Positions 18,258 through 24,792 of a DNA stretch of 32,000 nucleotides are shown piece after piece. Every line of letters begins with the position of its first letter. Position 1 is the first letter of the stretch. The DNA is taken from the NCBI RefSeq assembly GCF_008000775.2, contig NZ_CP042905.2, forward strand, positions 1,260,001 through 1,292,000, given 5' to 3'. The position numbers were made by a program, and so were the translations under genes. The DNA is from Promethearchaeum syntrophicum. GTDB taxonomy: Archaea; Asgardarchaeota; Lokiarchaeia; Sigyniarchaeales; Promethearchaeaceae. The notes beneath the pieces were generated by a model that was not told where the DNA came from, ran no database searches, and was given only the letters and a program-made list of their open reading frames with translations.

Positions 18258-21134
18258 TTATAGTGTATCTCGAAATATTTTTATAATATTTTTTGTTCTT
18301 ATTTTTCTCATTAACCATTTCATACCAAGAATTAGCGCTATTAAGGAAATTGCATAAATTATTGCAATGATATCCCAAGGAATAGCAATCATTCTTGGAG
18401 TTTGTGTAAAAATAGTAAGGTTACCTGATAATCCCACAGCAGTAACAAAACCGATAAAACCTCCTGAACTTGCAGAAGCCAGCATTAGAATCAAGTTTTC
18501 TAGAATAAACATCTTATCTACTTCATGAGGATGTAGACCTAGTACTCTTATTATTCCAATTTCACGAGATCTCTCTAATATTGATGAATAGGATGAAGAA
18601 ATTAAACCAAATAATGCAATGAAGACAGATCCTATCAAAATTAATAAAAATAAGTATTTAACAGTAAGAAACGCTTTTTCTGCTTCCATAATATCCTCAT
18701 TTGTAACCCTTACCCTAAGGTTATATTCCCCACCGAGTGTATGCTTAATATCTTCACCAACTAACGTGTGATTATAATTTTCACTAACCTTAACAAAAAT
18801 CTGATCAATAAACGCATCTTCATCACCGGGAATGTTCATGCATTTGAGATAATTAACATTTGACATTAGAACTCCTCCATTTGACATTCCGCCTAAACCT
18901 ATTCCTGCTTCTCTAAATCGAAATTTTAGACCGGGCATAGATTTTGCAACACCTACAATGTTCACAATATAAGGTTCTTCTTCTGTTCCTCTTGTAAATG
19001 TTAAACGTGCGGAATCATCCAGATGAATTTTAAGCTCACTCGCTAATGACGCTGAAATTATTATATTTATTTCTAAATTATTGAAAACTTCTTCAAAGGC
19101 ATTATCCTTATTTCCTTCAGATAATTCGATATATTTTGGATCCCAAACAGTATCCTTATAATTTTCATCAACTCCAAATAAGTAAACTCCTGCTGAATTG
19201 TAATTTATATAATCTCCTAATTCTACATTGAACTCTTTCTGTTCTTCTGAATATATATTCTCCAAGTCACTCGTACTCGCTAATAATGTTGAAGTTCGTT
19301 CAATTCCCTCAACTTTTAGTAGTTCTCTTTGTAATTCTGAAGTTGGAGCACTAATATCATAATTTCTAGGTCTTACAACAATATCGGATCCTTCATCATA
19401 TTGAATTAACCCCCCCACTTGTTCGAATTGAATTTCCAACATAGATGAAACATAAATAATAAAAGAAAACGCCAAAACGAACATTACAATTGTTGATAAA
19501 TTTCTTCTTTGATGCCTATATACCGATACTTTGACAATATTCATTAATTTTCGACTAAATGGCTCAAAAACTCTAATTAAAAGTCTAATAAATAACGGCA
19601 TTAATCCAATTGCCATTAAGCTAATTCCTATTAAGAAAAATAACAAAGTTCCGATCAAGATGTTTACTAAAATTGAGAATTCTAAAGAAATTAGTACTTT
19701 TGGAATAATAAAATAAAGAAATCCTCCATTTAGCGCCAAAACAATGCCTAAAAATATCAATTTTACATTGGCAGCACCTTCTTTTTCTAATTTATAAATT
19801 TCCTCAGTGTGCCTATAAGGATTAATCGATTCTACTAAACTGATTCTAGATACTTTTATTGCAGGTAAAATTGAAACTATCATTGAAACTCCAATTCCAA
19901 TAGCATATGAGATTAAAATTGTTGTTGGTTGAATTACAAAAGATATAACTGAAGGAACATTATTTTGTACGAGTTTTATATTAAGAAATGGGACAAGAAA
20001 TTTTGAAGTGAAAATTAAAGAACTAATTATTCCTAAAGTTGTTCCTATTGTACAAATTATTGAAGCTTGAATGAGTATAAGTTGAACATTGTACTTTTTT
20101 CGAGCTCCCAATACTCTATTTATGCCAAATTCCCTTATTTTTTCTTCAACTGAAGTTGAAAGTATCCCATTAATTAAAATTGCTGAAATTAATGTTGAGA
20201 TAAATCCTACCATCATAAAAACAATATTCATTGATAAAGTGAGATATTCTGATATAAAAAGTAAATTAAGTTTAGGATATTTCAGTTCCCATGGATTAAA
20301 TCCCAGTACCTTTAGAATTTTAGCTCCAATATTAACTATGTGATCTTCTGAACCAGTAATGTCTCTAACATCATAAATTTTATCTGAATCTTCAATTAGA
20401 AATATTAATTTATTTGATCTTTCTCCCCAATCTTTAAGAGGGTTTTCTGTATTATCATTACTATTTGCAAGATTTCCCCACCAATCATAATCTATCACAA
20501 TATCTTTTTCTTCTCCTAGAGGAAATTTATATATTTGATCAAATGAACTTGTCACGGTAAATCTTACTGTGTTATTTAGAAACCAGAGCCATAAATCCAA
20601 TTGATCGCCAGGGTTTAATTCATATCTTTGTGCAAATTCAAGAGAAATTAAACAATGGTTTTCAGGTATTCCTTGAGAAACATCAAAATTTTCTTCGAGA
20701 TTCGTAAATTGACCAAAATTTATAGATTCTTCTGCTTTAATATCTAAAACACTTAACTGAAACCATCCAAAATTTTCTTCTGGATTAGAAAGCGAACCTT
20801 GAGTAGCTACCCAAAAACTAGATCTTGGAATATAATGTGCTATTTCTGAGGATACGTTCTCATCGTTTTGTAATGCTTCAATTATTGGTGAATATTTAAA
20901 TTCCATTGAATAATTTTCGGGTTCTCCAATATAATGTCTCGCATTCAATACAATATCTTGATCTCCTGAATCTGCAGTTAAAAAATCAATATAACTGTTT
21001 GAAATCGAATCTGTTAGAAATGAAACTGTTGTAAGAAGGAAAAGTGAGACGAATACGCCTAATATGCCTAAAATATTCCGGGTTTTTTTACGGAAAAGAT
21101 CTTTAAATGCATATCTCCATAGAAATCCATTCAA
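18258..21134 (-). CDS. ABC transporter permease, FtsX/MacB-like, tandem double-FtsX architecture (permease 1)
   Basis: 958 aa. FtsX modules SVEEKIREFGINRVLGARKKY and ILERSREIGIIRVLGLHPHEV. TTG start at 21132-21134, 5 nt after the ATPase stop, with GAGG about 11 nt upstream. Paralogue of 6307-9303. Confidence 0.85.
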   Translation of the reverse strand: MNGFLWRYAFKDLFRKKTRNILGILGVFVSLFLLTTVSFLTDSISNSYIDFLTADSGDQDIVLNARHYIGEPENYSMEFKYSPIIEALQNDENVSSEIAHYIPRSSFWVATQGSLSNPEENFGWFQLSVLDIKAEESINFGQFTNLEENFDVSQGIPENHCLISLEFAQRYELNPGDQLDLWLWFLNNTVRFTVTSSFDQIYKFPLGEEKDIVIDYDWWGNLANSNDNTENPLKDWGERSNKLIFLIEDSDKIYDVRDITGSEDHIVNIGAKILKVLGFNPWELKYPKLNLLFISEYLTLSMNIVFMMVGFISTLISAILINGILSTSVEEKIREFGINRVLGARKKYNVQLILIQASIICTIGTTLGIISSLIFTSKFLVPFLNIKLVQNNVPSVISFVIQPTTILISYAIGIGVSMIVSILPAIKVSRISLVESINPYRHTEEIYKLEKEGAANVKLIFLGIVLALNGGFLYFIIPKVLISLEFSILVNILIGTLLFFLIGISLMAIGLMPLFIRLLIRVFEPFSRKLMNIVKVSVYRHQRRNLSTIVMFVLAFSFIIYVSSMLEIQFEQVGGLIQYDEGSDIVVRPRNYDISAPTSELQRELLKVEGIERTSTLLASTSDLENIYSEEQKEFNVELGDYINYNSAGVYLFGVDENYKDTVWDPKYIELSEGNKDNAFEEVFNNLEINIIISASLASELKIHLDDSARLTFTRGTEEEPYIVNIVGVAKSMPGLKFRFREAGIGLGGMSNGGVLMSNVNYLKCMNIPGDEDAFIDQIFVKVSENYNHTLVGEDIKHTLGGEYNLRVRVTNEDIMEAEKAFLTVKYLFLLILIGSVFIALFGLISSSYSSILERSREIGIIRVLGLHPHEVDKMFILENLILMLASASSGGFIGFVTAVGLSGNLTIFTQTPRMIAIPWDIIAIIYAISLIALILGMKWLMRKIRTKNIIKIFRDTL

Positions 21135-21139
21135 TTCAT

Positions 21140-22168
21140 TTAAGCCTCAAACACATTTTTCGTTTTTTCAAGAATTAATACTCCACTCTTAATTTTACCA
21201 GGAATATCTTCTTTATCTATAAGTTCTGATACAAGATCATCAAAATACATTGGGAGATTGGTTAAAATCTCTTGATCAATGGAATCTTTAATTTTAGATA
21301 TTCGAATTTCGAAAATATCTTGGGATTTCTCAGATCTAATGAATTCTAATATTTTTCTTTCACATCTTTCTTTATATTCTGATTGAAGTGATAATCTCGC
21401 CTCTCTCATTTCATCAGTTTCTTTCAAGCCACTTACTTCCAATCCCTTTACAATTTTTCCGTCTCTAATATGTATAATTCTTGTGCAATATTCTGAAACC
21501 GCCGCATCGTGGGTAGCTGAGATAAAAGTTGCGCCTTTCCTATTTAAATCACGTAGTAAATTAAGAATTTCAATACCAGTTTTTGAATCTAAATCTCCAG
21601 TTGGTTCATCAAGTAAAACAATACTAGGATCATTAGCGAAAGCTCGAGCAATTGCCACTCTTTGTTGTTCTCCACCACTTAACTCTGAAGGAGTGTGATG
21701 TGAGCGTTCATCGAGCTTGACCAATTTTAGTAATTCCATAGCTTTTCTTTTTCGAGCGCGTCTGGAAAGAGTTCCTTGAAAATGTAAGGGAATCATAACA
21801 TTTTCTAAAGCAGTTAAAAGTGGAAGAAGATTATAAAATTGAAATACATAACCTATATTATCTCTTCGAAGATCTGCCAATTGATTTTCATCTAAAAGAG
21901 ACATGTCTTTCCCGTCCAAGTAAATCTTGCCTCTGGTGGGATAATCTAAGCCTCCGATCAAGTTTAGCAGAGTAGTTTTACCACAACCGCTGGGACCCAT
22001 CAATCCTAAAAATTCTCCTGGTTTTATTTTGACATCCATGCCACGTAAGGCGGGAACGGCTGTAGTTCCGAGAAGATAAGTTTTATGAACCCCTTCGACT
22101 AGAATTTTGTACTTTGTTTCTATGATACCGATGTTTTGATCAATTTTTTTCGGTCGATGAAGCACCAT
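21140..22168 (-). CDS. ABC transporter ATP-binding protein (MacB/LolD-type) with ~100-aa C-terminal extension
   Basis: Walker A GPSGCGKTT, Q-loop YVFQ, signature LSGGEQQRVAIARA, Walker B VLLDEPTGDLD and H-loop ATHD. The cassette ends near IHIRDGKIV (res ~240), and 102 further residues follow. Confidence 0.95.
   Translation of the reverse strand: MVLHRPKKIDQNIGIIETKYKILVEGVHKTYLLGTTAVPALRGMDVKIKPGEFLGLMGPSGCGKTTLLNLIGGLDYPTRGKIYLDGKDMSLLDENQLADLRRDNIGYVFQFYNLLPLLTALENVMIPLHFQGTLSRRARKRKAMELLKLVKLDERSHHTPSELSGGEQQRVAIARAFANDPSIVLLDEPTGDLDSKTGIEILNLLRDLNRKGATFISATHDAAVSEYCTRIIHIRDGKIVKGLEVSGLKETDEMREARLSLQSEYKERCERKILEFIRSEKSQDIFEIRISKIKDSIDQEILTNLPMYFDDLVSELIDKEDIPGKIKSGVLILEKTKNVFEA
21143..21448 (-). 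other. Extra C-terminal domain of the ABC ATPase (helical linker plus possible winged-helix-like module)
   Basis: Residues 241-342: ...EMREARLSLQSEYKERCERKILEFIRSEKSQDIFEIRISKIKDSIDQEILTNLPMYFDDLVSELIDKEDIPGKIKSGVLILEK. The helix-helix-helix-hairpin pattern is judged by eye only. Confidence 0.35.
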
Positions 22169-22190
22169 GATAAGTCCAATTAAGATTTTT

Positions 22191-22201
22191 AAAATTATAA
22201 A
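22191..22201 (-). promoter_or_regulatory. TATA-like box (TTTATAATTTT on the minus strand) for the ABC/surface-protein operon
   Basis: Centred about 27 nt upstream of the ATPase ATG (22166-22168) with no SD between them, which fits a leaderless operon transcript. Confidence 0.35.
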
Positions 22202-22289
22202 TTCAATTATTCTAAATAATTAGAAAGAAGAGAATTCAGAGTTTTTTTTTATATTGAATGCTCTTTTTACAATTTTAATTCCTAAATCA

Positions 22290-23759
22290 TTATTCTGTTA
22301 GATATTCAGTTATTTCAGACTCCATTTCCATGAATTTTGAACCATCTTCTGAAATAATTGTTTCTAAAAGTTTAACCTTAAGATTTCTGAATTGTAATTG
22401 CTTTTCTAATTTGAATTTTTTCTCATCTACCTTATTAAGAAAAGCATACATGTTTTTAGCTTTTTCAACATCAAAAATTTTGGCGTTCCCTTTTGTTTCT
22501 TTATATTTAATAATAATTTTTTTCAATATGCCTTCCGCTTCTGGAATCCAATCAATAAATGGAGAAACATTGCCTGTTTTGTGGAAAGCAGGGAGGAAAT
22601 CTTCATATTTGGATAAGAACAGATTAAATAAATTATCAAATTCTTCTTTAAGATCACCTGCATCCATTTTTGGAGATGTAAATAAGGTTAGAGTTAGATT
22701 TCGTTTAGAAATTGAAGAAATTTTTAAATTAGCGCCTTGAACTCGAAAACTAGAAAGATTTTGAACATTTATCTCTTGAGAAAACTTTTGAAGTGCATTT
22801 AAAAACATTCCAATTAGTTCTATATCGAATTGATCATTATCTGCTGCGTTTAATGCTTTATATAATGAATCTGGTTCTGTTTCGATTGAAATAAGTGTTT
22901 TTCCATGCATATCACTAATTATTAACCCATACAGATAACTGGCTATTGAATCTTCATCCGTTATTAAAGCAGTTTGGGTTTTTGAATCAACTTCAAAGGT
23001 TTTTAAGATTTTTTTATAGAAGATTTCTCCTTTTTCTAGTAAATAAACAAGTGTCTCTTCTTCCACTTTTTGTTTGTTTAGTAATTCTGCTTCTGCATAC
23101 GGATTAATTAAAGATTCTAAGGTGGACTTATCAATGTCTAAATGTTTTTCGAGTTTCTTCAAGCTCATTACTTTCTTCTCTAGCAAGAAGTGAAATAGTT
23201 GGGTGTTAAGTTTCACTAAATCAAAATCAATTTTACTTCCCCATTCAAAACCCGATTTTTTAAAGATTTCAATGAAGCATTCGATTGTTGAATGTAAATA
23301 TTCGAGCTTTATGGAAGTATAGAAAATTTCAACATTTTTATCTTTTAAGGCTTTTTTAATTTTTTCAATCTGTTTAGAATCAATAAGATCAATTTTATGT
23401 ATTAAAAAAAAGAGGAGACTTTTGGGGGCTTGTTGTTTTTCAACTTTAAGAGCAAGATCAATTTTGTCTGAAAGTATTTTTGGTGCAAAACGGGCATCTA
23501 AAACATTTAAAATTAAATCACTCTCATTGAAAATATCAACATTTTCTTCAAACCATCGATCATTTTCTTGTCCGGCCAGATCAAACACGCCTATATTATT
23601 TAATAATAGATTATAAGAATAATTTTCTACACCGAAAGTTGCTTCTAAAGGATTTTCTAACAATTTTATCACCGATTCTCCTTCAAAAATCCATTTCCGC
23701 AGAGTTGATTTTCCTACTTCTTGAGGACCCACTAAAACTACTTTTTTTGACAATTTCAT
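22290..23759 (-). CDS. Rag/Gtr-like small GTPase fused to a winged-helix-like segment, a roadblock/LC7-like domain and a helical C-terminal region
   Basis: G1 GPQEVGKS (res 11-18), switch-I T41, G3 DLAGQ (60-64), G4 HKID (121-124) and G5-like YTSIK. The N-terminal 170 aa are collinear with human RagA as I recall it (KKVLLMGKSGSGKTSM / KKVVLVGPQEVGKSTL; LWDCGGQ / VFDLAGQ; FCLVHKMDLV / FFLIHKIDLI; FRTSIWDETLY / FYTSIKLEYLH). Confidence 0.75.
   Translation of the reverse strand: MKLSKKVVLVGPQEVGKSTLRKWIFEGESVIKLLENPLEATFGVENYSYNLLLNNIGVFDLAGQENDRWFEENVDIFNESDLILNVLDARFAPKILSDKIDLALKVEKQQAPKSLLFFLIHKIDLIDSKQIEKIKKALKDKNVEIFYTSIKLEYLHSTIECFIEIFKKSGFEWGSKIDFDLVKLNTQLFHFLLEKKVMSLKKLEKHLDIDKSTLESLINPYAEAELLNKQKVEEETLVYLLEKGEIFYKKILKTFEVDSKTQTALITDEDSIASYLYGLIISDMHGKTLISIETEPDSLYKALNAADNDQFDIELIGMFLNALQKFSQEINVQNLSSFRVQGANLKISSISKRNLTLTLFTSPKMDAGDLKEEFDNLFNLFLSKYEDFLPAFHKTGNVSPFIDWIPEAEGILKKIIIKYKETKGNAKIFDVEKAKNMYAFLNKVDEKKFKLEKQLQFRNLKVKLLETIISEDGSKFMEMESEITEYLTE
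22665..22946 (-). other. Roadblock/LC7-like domain of the Rag-like protein
   Basis: Residues ~272-365: IASYLYGLIISDMHGKTLISIETEP...FDIELIGMFLNALQKFSQEI...FRVQGANLKISSISKRNLTLTLFTS. This is an alpha-beta-beta-alpha-beta-beta pattern typical of roadblock/MglB-type domains. Assignment is by eye. Confidence 0.5.
23250..23759 (-). other. GTPase (G) domain of the Rag-like protein
   Basis: Residues 1-170 contain G1-G5 as listed for the parent CDS. Confidence 0.75.
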
Positions 23760-24102
23760 TTCCCTTAAAAAACTGATAATTTAGATAAAGAATTTCGAAC
23801 GAAAAAGAGTTTCTAAATTGGTGTAAGAAGTTTTTGATTAAGGTTTAAAATTATTACGATAGAAAAATAGTTAATCTCCTCTTATATGGTGTTAACAGAA
23901 TTGAAAAATTGAAATTATCCCTTATATAATTCACCTTCTCAATAGATTATTAATTATTCTCGCAAATTTTGGGTTTTTTAAGTTTGTAAAATCAGAAAAT
24001 ATTAAATTTAAAATCTGGGTATTAAAATCCCTAAAATTCTTCTTTCATCTTTTAAATCGCTTTAAAAAGAGAATTTATCTATATTGAAATAAAATATGAA
24101 AG

Positions 24103-24630
24103 TTAGTTAATTGATCGATTGGATATCTCATCAAAATTATCAACGTCAAAATTAACTGGTCCGTGAATATCATTTAATAAAGTACCCCAAGCTTTAAGAC
24201 AATGATTTATGTAGGCACCTTCAGATAGTTTTTCGATTATATCTTCTGTTATATCATCAAGTTCAATTTCTAATTTCTTAATACTATCAGGAATGATTAA
24301 AAGTAAAGCATATCTTTTTATGCCTCCACGAGCTAAAGGATCTTTAACTTTTACTTTTTTTATCCTAATTCGATAAGGTATTCTTTCCTCTGACTTTGTT
24401 GAAGCGAATAATGATAAATTATCAGATCTTGATGAAATTGAATCTTGTAGAATATTATATTGGGTAACACGATCAAAGAGATCGAAATTAAAATTGATAG
24501 CTAAAAACATTGGGCCTAACTTAGAGTGATAGTGTGATACGGCTAATCCTATCTCATTTTCTTGAACACTATAACTGGAAGTTCTGATTATCAAATTTAA
24601 CCCTTCTCTTTTTGTCTCGATCTTGAACAA
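24103..24630 (-). CDS. Hypothetical protein; possible longin/uDENN-like fold
   Basis: 175-aa ORF with TTG start (24628-24630) preceded by GAAGGA and a TATA-like box about 30 nt upstream. No family motif that I can name. The predicted strand/helix order, judged by eye, resembles a longin domain. The start codon is uncertain. Confidence 0.5.
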   Translation of the reverse strand: MFKIETKREGLNLIIRTSSYSVQENEIGLAVSHYHSKLGPMFLAINFNFDLFDRVTQYNILQDSISSRSDNLSLFASTKSEERIPYRIRIKKVKVKDPLARGGIKRYALLLIIPDSIKKLEIELDDITEDIIEKLSEGAYINHCLKAWGTLLNDIHGPVNFDVDNFDEISNRSIN

Positions 24631-24654
24631 TTTTCCTTCAAACTACTGGATGTA

Positions 24655-24664
24655 AAATATATGT
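24655..24664 (-). promoter_or_regulatory. TATA-like box (CATATATTTT on the minus strand) upstream of the 175-aa gene
   Basis: About 27-33 nt upstream of the TTG start at 24630. Confidence 0.3.
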
Positions 24665-24778
24665 AAATCTAATCTACATACTATACATCAAATCAATATT
24701 ATCTCCATCTGATTTATTTGAATATTGTTGAAAATCTTCTTGTTAAAATTCCAATTTATTTAACTTTTAATTCATGAT

Positions 24779-24785
24779 AAAAAAA
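24779..24785 (-). terminator. Oligo-T (T7 on the minus strand) just downstream of the malic enzyme stop
   Basis: The minus strand reads TAA-aatttcc-TTTTTTT. This archaeal-style oligo-T terminator begins 8 nt after the stop codon at 24793-24795. Confidence 0.35.
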
Positions 24786-24792
24786 GGAAATT

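Noticed and set aside
22210-22225. Palindrome TTCTAA-ATAA-TTAGAA just upstream of the operon TATA-like box, considered as an operator
   Set aside because: A 6-bp inverted repeat in ~80% AT intergenic DNA is expected by chance, and I saw no second copy elsewhere in the window. It could be re-examined if the motif recurs upstream of homologous operons.
23760-24102. Unusually long (343 nt) intergenic spacer between the 175-aa gene and the GTPase gene, examined for ncRNA, tRNA or repeats
   Set aside because: Uniformly AT-rich with no GC-rich stems, no cloverleaf-compatible segments and no convincing direct or inverted repeats. Most simply it is promoter/terminator space.
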